From NCBI GenBank assembly GCA_951406725.2, contig OX597817.1:37820001-37884000 (forward strand): a stretch of 64,000 nucleotides of DNA, given 5' to 3'. Under the pieces are notes generated by a model that saw nothing but the letters and a program-made list of their open reading frames with translations, did no database searches and was not told the DNA's origin. The position numbers were made by a program, and so were the translations under genes. The first letter of the stretch is position 1, and the number at the start of each line of letters is the position of its first letter. Origin of the DNA: Octopus vulgaris (lineage: Eukaryota). Below are positions 41,358-55,709 of this stretch, one piece after another.

Positions 41358-41984
41358 AAACCAACGTTTATTTCTTTACACAGCGAGTATAATTTTATTT
41401 ACTTAAAATTTCTTAGCTCTCTACATTAAGAAGACGTCTATGAGTAACTTCTCGCCTAATCCATTTCCTTAAACTGACAACCTTTGGGCAAGTTTCACCG
41501 GAATAAAATCTAAACAACACAAAGAAACTGTAAACGCTCAAAATAATTAAAATGTATACTTTCCAAGCTAAATTGACGATGAAAAAAAAAAATCATCAAA
41601 AATATTAAAATTTTCCTAAGACTTGATTATCCTGTCAGCAGTAACTAAATCGAATATTTATGATATGGCTTTACACCGTCACCTACAAATGTACCTAATT
41701 TGTCGAAAAGTGTTTTCCAATGAATCTATAAAACCTTCAAGATAAGAAAAGTACTTGAAAAATTTCATGCTGACAAGACAAATAAAGATTATCTTATTTT
41801 AAAGAATCTCGAGAGCAATTTAGAAAACAACAGACGTTGTAGCCAAAATAACACAAAAATTACTAATATAGAATAATTGTATATTTGTTAGACATATTTA
41901 CGTATGTAGTGGAATGGAAATTATTGAAGAAATTAGACTGGACTTGAAAATACATCAATTTTATTGTTTTATATATTTTACTGT

Positions 41985-42024
<40 letters not shown>

Positions 42025-42080
42025 ATATATATATATATTGATATATATATATATATATATATATCAATATATATATATAT

Positions 42081-42123
<43 letters not shown>

Positions 42124-42209
42124 GGAGTAAACACATAAAGGTGGAAAAAAGAGTACTCAAATACCAAATTGAATTTTCTGCTGCTTTAAATAAAGTATAT
42201 ATATATATG

Positions 42210-42259
<50 letters not shown>

Positions 42260-42353
42260 TAGGGAGAATTCACGAAAAAAAAAACAAAAGACGAAGATAG
42301 GTGGTGTAGAAAACAGACAGATGTATTCGTATAACGCTCGGGAATTGAAAAAG

Positions 42354-42390
42354 TCTTTAACGTTTCGAGCCTACGCTCTTCCACAGAAAG
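42354..42390 (-). ncRNA. Third copy of the hammerhead-like motif (core CUGUGGA)
   Basis: Minus strand reads CTTT-CTGTGGA-A-GAGCGTAGGCTC-GAAA-CGTT-AAAG, inside a TA-embedded repeat at 42260-42420. Confidence 0.55.
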
Positions 42391-42419
42391 GAAGACAGAA
42401 AGAAACAAGGAGAGAAAAA

Positions 42420-42480
<61 letters not shown>

Positions 42481-42858
42481 GTCTCAACATCTCACTTTCC
42501 AGTTGTAGTTCAAAACGGAGTTTTAGTTGTAAGCCAAACTGAGCACGCATGGTACAAACCTATTACGTCAGTAGACGAAAAGTCTTTGTAGATTCTCTCT
42601 CTTTATATACAAAGATAAGATTTTCATATTTATTCTATTTTATTTTCATTTCTTTTTTTTAACAATTTGCAAACATACAAGTCCGCCTATATAGAGAGCA
42701 CATAGTGTTAGGTGTTAAGATTGACGTAGAAATATCCACCCCCAAAGTATATTTCGGGTCGATAAAGGCACAAGGCCTGAAATTTTGGGGGAGAGGATAG
42801 TCGATTGCATCGACCCCAGTACTCAACTACTACTTGTTTTATCGACCCCGAAAGAATG

Positions 42859-44280
42859 TGTAGCGTAGACTCGGATGAAATTCCCCTCTTTCATTATATA
42901 TACGTGCATTCGAACGTAGCAGGGAACAGCAAGCCTTTGGCCGCTATTTGGGTCCTGTTGTGTCCACTAATCTGATTGGATGGTAATGGGGCAATTTGTC
43001 TCTTACTCTGTCGCACCATCTTACCGTGTATAATCAGCCGGAGTCCCTAAATAGGGTCACGTGGGACAGCTTGTTCACCACCCTGTTTTGAGCCTATAAA
43101 TCGTTATAAAAACTCAGCTTTTCCACGTTCCGAAGTTTCTGGTTCCAGACCTTTAAAGGTCTAGCCACTGACCAAAAAGACACAGCCAGTTCTAGCGACA
43201 ACGCCAAACACCACCACACGTTGAAACTTACCAACTTCGTCCAACAATATTACGGCAACCTCGGTCTTCGTCGCCACCATCATGTCGTCAACATCATCTC
43301 TCTACGTACACAGCTCAGCAAGCAACTCACCCAGGTTCCAACACTTCACTGTTCGTGAATTATTGCACCACGGATCATCGGCGAATATACAACCTGTATG
43401 AACTCCTTTAAAAGTGACCCAGGCAGCAGCATCACAGCTACGATTTCACGTATGATATATACCTGTAACCGGCTCGGCATCATGACTGCGACTTCTTGAT
43501 ACAATATTTCAACTACCGTGTACAATTTACTACGAACTGGTATTACCTTTTTTGTGTCTATGAACTTACTTCTCACTTCGATGGCTATAGATTCTTTCCT
43601 TATCGTCATCCTTAAATGTACTTAACACACGCGCATACATCTATGCCTACACGTACACATTCTTTGTTCTCATGACGGCCTGTCTAATACTTTGTATACA
43701 TAAGGCGGCGAGCTAGCAGAAACGTTAGCACGCCGGGCGAAATGCGTAGCCGTATTTCGTCTGCCGTTACGTTCCGAGTTCAAATTCCGCCGAGGTCGAC
43801 TTTGCCTTTCATCCTTTCGGGGTCTATAAATTAAGTACCAATTACGCACTGATGTCGATGTAATCGACTTAATCCCTTTGTCTGTCCTTGTTTGTCCCCT
43901 CTCTGTGTTTAGCCCCTTGTGGGTAGTAAAGAAATAGGTATTTCGCATGTCGCTACGTTCTGAGTTCAAATTCCGCCGAGGTTGACTTTGCATTTCATCC
44001 TTTCGAGGTCGATAAATTAAGTACCAGTCGTGTACTGGAGTTGATATAATCGACTTACTGCCTCTCCCAAAATTTCAGGCCTTGTGCCTATAGTATAAAG
44101 GTTATTATTCTGTATACACACATTAACATATGAATGAATGTTCTCTTATCATTCTACGCGGTTGTGTCTCTTTTCCATCTGGCATTCATTTGCACTTTTC
44201 CAATTCCTTTTTACTGTAACGATCGTGTGATGTGGTACTAAAGAGCCATTCTCGTCACCTCACATCGCACGGCCGTTGCA
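42859..44280 (+). mobile_element. Solo LTR (Gypsy-like) inserted in a SINE B and itself carrying a SINE B dimer (43702-44110)
   Basis: Termini TGTAGCG...CGTTGCA; TSD AATG/GATG; host SINE halves at 42765-42858 and 44281-44322; TATA-like motif at about 43095. Confidence 0.8.
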
Positions 44281-44322
44281 GATGAATGACGAAATCGACC
44301 TCGGCGGAATTCGAACTCAGAA

Positions 44323-44829
44323 CTTACTTGGAAGAGGATGCGTGGCGTTCAATCATATTATAATATAAATAATATATAAATATGCATATATACATACGTA
44401 TATGCACATACATCTATACGTATATATGTATGCATATGTGGGCACAGGACGTCATGAAACGTGTACAACAAAAAAGCACGAAGCACGAATACATGGAACA
44501 TGAACTATTCTTTCGAACAACGAAATACACAAATGGAAAACAAACCAAACAACATAAAGAACGACCCTTCATCAGTTGTTAGCTGTCTTTCTAGTCTCGT
44601 ATTTCAAGCATTTAACAACAATATACGCTTTCGATAAAACAGTTGCACCCGCAAAGCAAATTAAATAAAATCCGTGCTTTTTTGTTGTACAGATTTCATG
44701 ACGTCCTGTGCCCACATATGCACACATATATACGTATAGATGTAAGTATGTGCATATACGTATGTATATATGCATATTTATATGTTATTTATATTATGAT
44801 TGAACGCCACGCATCCTCTTCCAAGTAAG
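44323..44829. mobile_element. Foldback copy of the pLTR-like repeat family (about 155-bp inverted arms)
   Basis: CTTACTTGGAAGAGGATGCGTGGCGTTCAATCAT pairs with ATGATTGAACGCCACGCATCCTCTTCCAAGTAAG. Confidence 0.85.
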
Positions 44830-44874
<45 letters not shown>

Positions 44875-45031
44875 TATGTATATATATATTATATGTATAT
44901 ATATGTTATGTATATATATATGTATATATATATGTATATATGAGTGGGTGTGTATGTATGTATATATATGTATGTATGTATACGTATGTATATATATGTG
45001 TGTGTGTCTGTGTGTTGTGTGTATGTATATA

Positions 45032-45893
45032 TACGAGGTCTGGTCAATAAGTATAAAACACGCAGAGTAAAGAGTCACTTGGCAAAAATTGACCTTGAAC
45101 TTTGCTGTGCATGCGCACTAAGTTTTAACGTTCAAGCACACTTCCGCTGTTTACAGCAGTGCTTGGAGAGAATGTGTGTAGCGTGTGATCATTGCATTCA
45201 CCATGACAGAGAAAGTTGTCATAGCGATTCTTGCTCAGAGGCCTACGCAAAGTTGTAGAAACTGTATGGAGAGGCGTGTATGATCCGCACACAAGTGTAC
45301 CTGTGGTTCAGACGTTTCCTGTACGGAAGAAGTAAATCGATGGCCGAAAAATGTCGATATTGGCGAACGTTCTGGGAGACCTGCAACCAGGAAAACATCG
45401 CTGATGTGCGTGCAGCTGTGAGAGGAAATCGTCGAATCACCATCTCTGAGTTATCTGAGGATGTGCAGATTAGCTACAGTTCAGTTCAGTCCATTATCAC
45501 TGAAGATTTCGGTATAAGACGCGTGTCTGCTAAGTTTGTGCCAAAACTGCTTCCTGCTGACCAAAGAGACACTCGGGTTTCAGTTGCACAAGATTTCCTT
45601 GATGGTGTAGAGAAGAATGAAAACTTTTTGAAAATTTTGCGTAGGCCTCTGAGCAAGTATCGCCAAGCTTTTGGCAAAATTTGATGCAGATTCTCTGTCC
45701 TGGTCAATGCAATGATCACATGCTACACACTTTCCTTCCAAGCACTGCTGTAAACAGCGGAAGTCAGCTAGAACGTTAAAACTTATTGCGCATGCCCAGC
45801 AGAATTCAAGATCAGTCTATACCAAGTGGCTTCACTCTGCGTTCTTTAGCATCATTACAATGGCAACAGTCCGGATACTTATTGATCAGATCA
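45032..45893 (+). mobile_element. Mariner derivative: N-terminal transposase fragment between long inverted 5' ends
   Basis: ORF 45280-45684 reads VYLWFRRF...NRRITISELSE...RRVSAKFVPKLL. About 45635-45893 is an inverted copy of the 5' region. Confidence 0.85.
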
Positions 45894-46569
45894 CACATAC
45901 ATACATACAAACATATATATATATATATATATATATACTAAGTGCCTCTCAAGGGAGATTTTCCTACTAATTGCTTGGATAATTTCAGGTGATTGTATTT
46001 TTTTACAACCCACCCTATTACAAATGCAATATACTACTGTGTAGATACGGTACGTTAAACGTTCCTTGAGGTATTGTCCTTCATCTATAATAATGATATT
46101 CATAATCAGTGCCATTCGGGGAGATCTAATAATACTTTAGTGTTCGTTATTCCTGCTAGTTGCCAGTAAAGACCAGTTCGACTCCAATTTGCTTTGGCCA
46201 TTTTGTCCAATATATACGTATCTTATGGGGAGTTATCTCCTCTTCATTTTTCAGCATTTACTTATTTCTGGAGCGTTTTCGTTTGCTAATTCTGGCTGTG
46301 ACTTAATTAGTAAATGTTTTTTTTTTTTGTTTTTTTTTTTTACTGACTATATTTCATGTATTAGTATGTAGAACTTATTTTCCCTAGAATTTGCCCTATA
46401 ATGGTTTTTGGTTTAAGTCAGTAGTTTTCAGCCATTTTTTTGCTTATGACCCTCTGATTCCTACTTTACTCTATTGGACTCCCATAGCTATTCGATGTTT
46501 TAAAAAAAAATCCTACAATATTTTTATAATTAAATATTATGAATTGTATAGAAAATTGTTAAAATATTT

Positions 46570-46989
46570 GGATTTTTTCGGTTTGAACGGCAGTTTTTTC
46601 TAGCGGTGTCATATGAAATTGTCACCCATAATCATGACCCTAGTATCGATCTATTGCATTTCAATCTATTTTAAGGTTAGGGTTAGGGTGAGGGTGGGGG
46701 AAGGGTATCTTTTTTTCTTCAGAAATGTAAATAAACCCAATCTGTTTCTTAAACGAGAGACATATTCATACGGCATAGAATGTTTTCACCTCAATAGACG
46801 TCAGTGATTGAATTGAAATTGCAGAAATTGAAGAAAAAAACAACAAATATCTTACAAACTATAGACTTTTCTCAATAAAGCCAAGAGAAAAAGATGTTTT
46901 ATAAACACATTCTACCAGTATACGAAGTTTAAAATTTTTTAGTTACCTAGATATTATATTAAAAACTGCCGTTCAAACCGAAAAGATCC
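46570..46989. mobile_element. Merlin-like MITE, copy 3
   Basis: Same TIR; perfect TSD AAATATTT. Confidence 0.9.
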
Positions 46990-47819
46990 AAATATTTTGT
47001 GTATTGTAGAGTAAAACTAATTTTTTGCGCATAAATTTTAAGAAAATCTTATAAGGACCCCGATTGAAAACCACAGGTTTAGGTACAAGGCCAGCAGTTT
47101 TGAGGGTACTGGTACTTTATTTCATAGCCTCGAAAGGTTGAAAGACAAAATTGATCCGAGCAGGATTTAAACTCAGAACATAAAGAGCCGGAGCGTATAC
47201 CACAAAGCATTTTTCTAAATGGCTATTACGATCCTACCAGCTATCATTGATTGCGGTATTTGAGTGCTACTTTATTTTATCGATTTGCAGTGAGATGAAA
47301 GGGAAAGTTAACTTGAATGAGAGAACACACGAGAGAAGCCGCTACGTTGCCTCCTAGACTCACTAGAAATAACAGCCAAATCTCCCTACTGTTTTAATAA
47401 ATAAAAACTGATAGTTATGGTTGAAGCGTCCTTAATCATGGATCTCTTCGAGCAAGGCTGGTCTGAGGATTAACAATAACACCAACAACAGTCTGGTTAC
47501 ATCATATTGAAAAAAGAAAATTCTAATTTAAAGCTATTTCTATTGGTCTTTTCCTGTCTCTCTCCATCTATCTCTCTTTCGTTACTTCATAAGCGTTGTA
47601 GAATTAAGTCAGTTTCACTATAGATTTTCTCATATTTCTTCATAACTTTCTGCTTTGAATGTTTGCTCTGATTCTTTTGCCGTGTCTGTAAATTCAGTTT
47701 GTTAGCTCACCTTCTATTGACTTAACTACGCTCAAATTAAATATTAACCTTGTTGTTGACTTAACTTTTGCTCAAATTGAATCTTAAATCTTACTGTTTG
47801 ACTTAGCTTCTCTCAAACT

Positions 47820-48525
47820 AAATCCTTTCCACCGTTTCTCCCTCTTTTTCCATCCAATATAACGTTATTGACTGGCTTTAAATCTCTCTCTCTCTCTCTC
47901 TCTTTTCGTTTGTTTTCCATGTCGCTCTCTCTCTCTCACGTCTATCTCCCTTTCTTTTAACTCTTTCGATCTCACACTTTTCCTCTCGCTTTTCTCTCTT
48001 TCCCTCCTCTCTCCTTCGCTATTTTCTCTCCTTCTCCCTCCTTCCTCTTTCCTTTTACTTCTATCACCCCCCCACCTCTCGTTCTTTCTGCTCGCTTATC
48101 TTCCTCCCATTCTCTCTCTCCGTCTTTCTCTTCCTTCGAGAGAAGGGGAAGTCTTCCTCCCCTCTTCTTCCTTCTCTATCCCTGTCTCCTATTTTCTCCT
48201 TTCACCTTCTCTCTCTTCTCCCCTGGTTCTCTCTTCACCATCCCTCTCCCACTTTCTCCCTCACTCTCCTCTCCCTACTCTCCATCTATTGCCTACATCC
48301 TCTTCTCTATCACCTATCTTCCTTACCTCCCTCTGTTTCTCTCTCTCTCTCTCTCTCACACGTTCATACATACATATATTTATATATATGTATATTCATC
48401 CACTGTGTTAGTGTTATTGTTGGCAACAGAGTGCCAACGATGAGAGCGAAATTCTCTGTCAACTAAGATTTGATTCCTTGTATGCACATTGCCCCTGTGT
48501 GGTGCTGAGGTTTGAAAACCTTGAG
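47820..48525 (+). promoter_or_regulatory. Candidate CT-rich 5'UTR or first exon ending at a strong splice donor
   Basis: About 500-bp polypyrimidine tract followed by GAG|GTAAGA at 48525/48526; downstream DNA becomes CpG-poor. Confidence 0.4.
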
Positions 48526-49011
48526 GTAAGACAGAAAAACTTCTAAAACTGTTTAATCACTGACAGATTTTCTCTTTTCATCGCCCTATGTGTTCACAAA
48601 TATCCTTTATTTAAAATAATATATTCACTCAATTAAAAGTTTACCTTTATATTTAGAATATCGCTCCTTGTAGAAGATGAATCAAAAGAAAGATTAGAGC
48701 GCTGTATTATATCACTTATCCCTCAACTTTAGTTAAAATTCTGTCAGAATACACTTTACCTTTCATCCTTTTGTTATTCATTCAAATAAATAGATACCAC
48801 TACTAGAGCTGACTTATTCAAGTATGCACATACCAGTATACGACACAGAAACTGGTTTTGTGTCTAAGAAATCAATTGTGTGAAGAAAAAAAACCCCAAT
48901 AAGTAATAGTAGTTATTTTATTTTTAACCCAGTATATCAGCCATGGTATAAATATTAAATTGGAAATATATGGGTTTGATGATGTAAACAGGAAAAATTG
49001 AAAGAAAAACA

Positions 49012-49052
<41 letters not shown>

Positions 49053-49222
49053 TAGAAAAAAAGACCTTTTATCAATTCAGAATGAACAATTAAATTACAC
49101 CATCTAGAAAATTACATATAATAGAAATATTAAAAATAAAATAATAATATACCAATGATTAAGTAAATTGCAAAATAATAATAAAAACGTACATATTTGG
49201 TATTCCCTCAAATAATTATATA

Positions 49223-49595
49223 TAGGCGTAAGAGTGGCTGTGTGGTAAGTAGCTCGTTTACCAACCACATGGTTCCGGGTTCAGTCCCACTGCGTGGCAC
49301 CTTGGGCAAGTATCTTCTACTATAGCCTCGGGCCGACCAAAGCCTTGTGAGTGGATTTGGTAGACGGAAACTGAAAGAAGACCGTCGTACATATGTATAT
49401 ATATGCGTGTCCCCCCAACATCGCTTGACAACCGATGCTGGTGTGTTTACGTCATCACCGTAACTTAGCGGTTCGGCAAAAGAGACCGATAGAATAAGTA
49501 CTAGGCTTACAAAGAATAAGTCCTGGGGTTGATTTGCTCGACTAAAAGCAGTGCTCCAGCATGGCTACAGTCAAATGACTGAAACAAGTAAAAGA

Positions 49596-49597
<2 letters not shown>
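49223..49597 (+). mobile_element. SINE family A
   Basis: Full consensus. Confidence 0.9.
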
Positions 49598-49642
<45 letters not shown>

Positions 49643-50105
49643 AAAACGTGTGTATGAATGAATGTATTTTTGTATGTGGATGCGAGTATGGGTTTTGTAG
49701 AAACTGGTGTCTGGTACAGAGGCATAACTATAGATTGTTGTCCATCTCTGCTCTTTCTTCCCTCATAACTTTCTGAAAAATTTCGAGAGTAGATTGTGAT
49801 ATATTGATAACATTTAGAAGACAATTAAAAAAAAAAGAATTTTGAATCATTCCTTGCCTCTCCCGACTTTGTATCCTCAAAAATACCTTGAAAGTGCATT
49901 TTCTTAAAGCGTTGATGCTTCACACATAAACCTGAAAAAAAGAAGAAAACCATACTAAAGTTAGGTAAATTTGTATTAACAAAGGAAGAACGATTCGAAA
50001 CTCCCCCCCCTCTCTCTCTCTGTATATATATATATATATACTCTTTTACTTGTTTCAGTCATTTGACTGTGGCCATGCTGGAGCACCGCCTATAATCGAA
50101 CCTAT

Positions 50106-50470
50106 AGTACCCTGACCTCCTAATATGCTGCAAATCCCATAGTTTGGTTCGGAATTGGTCCGGAGGGGGGGGACCCCCCCCCGAATTTTCACACAAAATA
50201 TCAAGCCCCCCCCCCCTTCCGAACCCAAATATGGGATTTACAGCATATTACGAGCTCAGAGTACTTGATTCCACGCAAAAAATCAGAGTTCTTTTTTGTG
50301 TGAAAATTCCGGGGGGGGGGGGGGGTTACCCCCCCTCCGGACCAATTCCGAACCAAAATATGGGATTTGCAGCATATTAGGAGGTCAGGGTACTTGATTC
50401 CACGCAAAAAATCAGTTTTTTTTTTTTTTATCTTAGTGAAAATCGTGCGGGTGTTAATCTGTAATTTTAC
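50106..50470. repeat. G/C-run palindromic repeat inserted in a SINE A (50041-50745, minus strand)
   Basis: 50106-50198 is the inverse of about 50293-50394; subrepeats are shared with 50852-51280. Confidence 0.75.
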
Positions 50471-50851
50471 CCAAATCGACCCCAGGACTTATTCTATCGG
50501 TCTCTTTTGCCGAACGTAAACACACCAGCATCGGTTGGGAGGACAAACATACGCACACATACATATATATATATACATATATACGACGGGCTTCTTTCAG
50601 TTTCTGTCTACCAAATCCACTCACAAGGCTTTGGTCAGCTTGAGGCTGTAGTAAAAGACACTTGCCCAAGGTGCCACGCAGTGGGATTGAACCCGGAACT
50701 ATGTGGTTGGTAAGCAAGCTACTTACCACACAGCCACTCCTACGCATGCATACATATATACATACATACGTACACACACACACGAGCGCGCTACAATTTG
50801 TCAGCCTCCTTACAATCTATATTCTTGGAATTTCATAGAAAAATAGGCGAA

Positions 50852-51280
50852 GGTAAAGAATACGCACACCCGGTGGTTAGGGTTACACCGAAAACGGGTG
50901 GTGTGCGCATTTGGTACTGCTTAAATACAGAAGTCCTGTAACAGTACCACTTAAATACAGAGGTCCCGACGCACCTCGTAGCCGAAACAACTAAGGTAAA
51001 CTTTGATACTTTCATCCGCACGATTTTCACCAATAAAAAAAAAATATATCGGCTTTTTTGGATGGAATGAAGTACTCTGATCACTTAATATGCCGTAAAC
51101 CCCTTACTTGATTCCATGCAAAAATATCCGAGTTTTTTTTTTCTTTGTGAAAATTGTGTGAAAGTATTGAAATTTACCTAAACTAACCCTAACACCCTAA
51201 CGAGTGTGCACTGTAAAAAGATATGGTTATGTAGACTCATTAGGACCTCTGTATTTATGTAGTGCCGCATATTCTTTACC
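50852..51280. mobile_element. GG-terminated MITE-like element with TTAGGG-like motifs
   Basis: TIR GGTAAAGAATACGC / GCATATTCTTTACC; no clear TSD. Confidence 0.6.
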
Positions 51281-53430
51281 TCCGTCAGAAAAATATGCAT
51301 TTTAAGGTAAATTTTTACCAACTCAATTTATCTTTCATGGTAAATTTTTACCATTGTTAGCACACCGGATAAAATGCTTTGTGGCATTTCTTCCGGCTCC
51401 GGCTTTGCCTTTCGCCCTTTCCTTCAAAATTGCTGGCCTTGCGCCAAAAATTAGAAGGAATTATCGGGAGACCCTACTTAGATATCTTTGCCAGTCCTTG
51501 TCGGTTTAACATTTTTTAAAATTTTGTTCGGCTACCCAAAAGTAAATAATAAAAAAAAAAAAGAATTTCACTAAAACTAACGAACAAACAACTGTAAACA
51601 TTGACAGATCTTAGACCAATAACGAATGATTGCCCTGGTTTGAAATAAAAAAGAAAATGAGAGCCGGAAAAAATCATAAAACTTATATGCCTTTTGTTGC
51701 AAAAAGTTTTTTCAAGAATAGATATAAATAAACATTAGAGAAAAATTTAAAATTCATGTACTTTTTATTTGCATTCTTATAATCTCACTAATTCTGTGTT
51801 TTCTTGCCTGTAACAAGTTTTCATGAGAAATTACAGAACACCATGCATTCAACGTCTATCATGAACTGACATGGGAGCCTCTGTGTGGTGGCCCAGCCTG
51901 CTAGAAATAACAGTCAAGTCTTGTAATACACCACTGTCTTCAAACAATGTAGTGCTAGGTACATTTGAAAAAAAATCAGGCTTGTCATGGCTAGAGTGCT
52001 TTTAACCATAGCTCTGCTCAGTCTAACTCCATAAAGAATTTGCAAAATGAATTCTAGGTATACTAGCCATCTCAATATGGCTAACCACTAAGAGTGGGTG
52101 CTACTGTAGCTTGTAGCCCCAGGAGATCATCGTCTCCAGCTGCCCTTATGGTATTTGCAAAGGGAGGTCATTCCTCTCTCGTCAACCTAAGTGATATGCA
52201 CGGACTGCAATTCTAGGTATTTGCCTAGAATTCTAAAAGTGGAAAAATCTGGTGTAAAGGATGAAAGGCATAAGGTCCACAGTGTTTGAGGAAAGAGGCT
52301 TAGTAAATTACATTCACCTTAGTCACTGACTGGCACTTCATTACCTGACATATAGTGCAAAGACAAAGCTGACCTCCATAAACTTCTGATTTATTATAGA
52401 CTAGCACTTTAACTTCAGAGCATCTGTCTCCTTATTTAGTTCACTCTTCTAGCATGATCTTGTATTAATTTAATGGCAAAGCTTCAAACTGTAAATATCA
52501 ACCTTTTGTATTTATTATGAGTCATAAATGGCTGAGTTGATAGAATACCAAACAACTAACCTCATGATTAAGGATTCATATTGTTATTGCTGCTGCACAT
52601 ATGACCTTGGCCAAAACATCTAGTTCTCCATAGTCTACACTGCTATTCCATAAACAGGGACAAGATGGGGTGGCCCACTCATATAAACAGACAGCAAATA
52701 TTTAGTTTCTTCTTTAAGATTTCAGATATGACATGAACAGCATAAATATTTGCTTATTGTCATTTCTTCTTTCACTGTATGAAAGTGTTGTTAGGCACTG
52801 CAACACCTGTATATTTCGCAACTGTTTGCATTCCTTGTGGTGCTCTGTTCATATATCTCTTCACTTGTTTAATTTTGTTGAAGAATTGCCCATGTAAAGT
52901 TGATTTGCCTTAAACGTAATTATGAAAGAAAAAATTCTGTCCTTTTCATGACTTTTGGCCTACTCTGTGTAAAGATTTTTTTTCTTTCATATGGGTCCTA
53001 TGGCATATGACTGAGATTACAACACTCCTCTCTGCCTGGGATGCAACTCCATTGCAGGGTCAATTTCCCAGCTATTGCTGGAACCCAATTACAGCTGAAC
53101 TGACTGGAGCAACGTGAAATGAAATGTTTTTGCCTAGTCCAAGAATTGAAACCATGACCTTAGAATCCTGAGTGCAACACTCTAACAACTCGGCTGCCTG
53201 CTTTCACTGGTTGGATTTTAAAATAAAATTTTTTTTATATAAGTATATATTGGTATTAGGTAATTTAGATTAGTTTCTCTCGTGGGTAAGGGGAACAGAT
53301 TATTGGAATTGATTATGTGGCAGCCAGATTTCCATATTTAATAAAATTGCGATGGTTTCCTGTATTTTAAACTTGTCCAACACTAGGTGCCAAATAAATA
53401 TTTCACTAATTCTTTTTTTTTTTTTCGTAG

Positions 53431-53517
53431 GGTGGAGGCTGACAGTTGTCAGTTTTGAAACTGCTGATTCAGATAATCTCTTTTTAGGAACTTACACTAA
53501 ATAGATAATTTAATAAA
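53431..53517 (+). other. Candidate non-coding (5'UTR) exon
   Basis: Branch point TCACTAAT, long T tract and CGTAG acceptor at 53430. The 3' end (AAA|GTATCT) is uncertain. Confidence 0.35.
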
Positions 53518-54175
53518 GTATCTAACTTTTGATATCAGCCAGGCAGAGTCTGCTGCTGGTTCTGTAATACAAACTTCCTTATAGCGATCGAAATTAGAAC
53601 CAATCAAAATTTCAAGCAAATGTTGTTGTTTTTTTAAAAACTAGTTTAATAATGAAAAAAGTTATTTTACTAAATTCTTCATTCTTATCAAAATTATTGA
53701 AACAAAGGCAATATCTTTCAATAAGAAATATAGAAACAAAAGTGAACTTTCCGTAATCAAGAAATTTCTTTTCAACACTCATACGTACATACAGTGCAAG
53801 GGCGATAAATGAGGTGTCATGATGACAAATTTAATTTCTCTCGAAGAGTTATAGGCCCATTAAATTTTGGCCTTTTAACGAGTAGCAGCACTAATAGTAG
53901 TTAGTAGTAAATGACTAAATATAAAAGACTTCTTGACTTGTTTTTGCTTTGTTTTTTTTCGATATAATTTTTTATACGTACTGTTTATTGTTCATTCTGT
54001 ACATTATTTTACACACACACATTCATTCAGTCATTATAAAGGCACAAGACCTTACAATTTGTAGGGAAAAAGGTTAATGGATTAAACCGATTTGAGTATA
54101 TCTGCAATTTAGCCTCAACTGCAAAATAGTTTCGCAACAGAAAATGACAGGTCTTATTCACTTAGGCACGCATGG

Positions 54176-54594
54176 GGATCTTTTCGGTTTGAACGGCAGT
54201 TTTTTCTAGCGGTGTCATATGAAATTGTCACCCATAATTATGACCCTAGTATCGATCTATTGCATTTCAATCGGTTTTAGGGTTAGGGTTAGGGGTGGGG
54301 GGAAGGGTATCTTTTTTTTCTTCAGAAATGTAAATAAACCCAATCTGTTTCTTAAACGAGGGACATATTCATACGGCACAGAACATTTTCACCTCAATAG
54401 ACGTCATTGATTGGTTGAAATTACAGAAATTGAAGAAAAAATACAACAAATATCTTACAAACTATAGAATTTTCTCAATAAAGCCAAGAGAAAAAGATGT
54501 TTCATAAACACATTCTACCAGTATACGAAGTTTAAAAGTGTTTAGTTACGTGGAAATTATTTTTAAAAAACTGCCGTTCAAACCGAAAAGACCC
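54176..54594. mobile_element. Merlin-like MITE, copy 4
   Basis: Same TIR; perfect TSD ACGCATGG; internal (TTAGGG)n. Confidence 0.9.
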
Positions 54595-55709
54595 ACGCAT
54601 GGCAATTCAGCTGTGTAAAAATGAGAGTCTCTAAATATTAAAAAAAATTTTTTTTAATCCTTCCGATGGTACGATAACCATCCAGTCTTTACAAACAAAA
54701 ATAAAACAAAAAAAAAAGCAAACATTCTGACCATGGCTGTCCAGTCTCTTTCAAACCCTAGCTCCTGCATGTCACACATTAGCAAGTTTTTAACAGTAAT
54801 TATTCTTCATTGTTAAATTAATCCATAGAAATATTGAAAACCAAACATGTTGATTAAACTGCGGCAGATGTATTTCAGCGTAATAAAATTGCTTAAGAAA
54901 ATAAAAGATAGGATGGCTGTGGGTGGTGTACCTTCACTGATAGGTCCACTGAATCAGAGCTGGTCTGGGACTAATAACCCACATTAGAAAGGTGTGGGTA
55001 GAATCATTAGCATTCTGGGCAAAATTCTTAGTGAAATTTCAGCTGTCTTTACATTCTGAGTTTATATTCCACTGTAGTTGACTTTGCTTCTCATCCTTTT
55101 AGGGTTGTTATAATAAGTACCAGCTGGGCACTGAAATCAATATAATCACCAAAATTTGGAACCAATAATCCATATTAATATCTAGTGACAAATGTACCTC
55201 AGCTAACGAGAAACCCTCCATTTCATTTCATTTGCTAGAAATGAAGATAAATCTCCTCATCAAGAGAACTTTAGTCTTTTGCTGTTGGTGTTTAACCCCT
55301 GGTAGTCCTTGATCCAGCAGACCTCTATGATCAAAGACATTTCAGTAATGATTTGACTGTTATTTCTAGCGGCTCAAGTGACTGTTCCTTGGTTCCTTAT
55401 TGACAAGGATTTCTTGATGACTGAAATGAGTCTGTTACTTTTATGAATTGGCAAAATCATTAGCATGTTGGACAAAATACTTAGTGGCATTTCTTCTGGT
55501 TTTCTACATTCTGAGTTCAAATCCTACCAGGGTTGACTTTATCTTCCCCACTTTTGAGGTTCATGAAATAAAGTACCAGTTAAGCTTGCGATGGAGGAGG
55601 TCTTTAACTTTTCCCCCTCACTCGAAAATTCCTGGCCTTGTGTAAAAATTTGAAACATCTAGCCACAAGTCAGCTATAATATAAAGCGTTTAGTTTATAA
55701 TGGTTAGTA

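Noticed and set aside
44510-44640. CTGATGA and CGAAA motifs on the minus strand of the pLTR-like family (also near 6930, 24020 and 36330)
   Set aside because: Convincing stems I-III could not be built by eye, so these were not called ribozymes.
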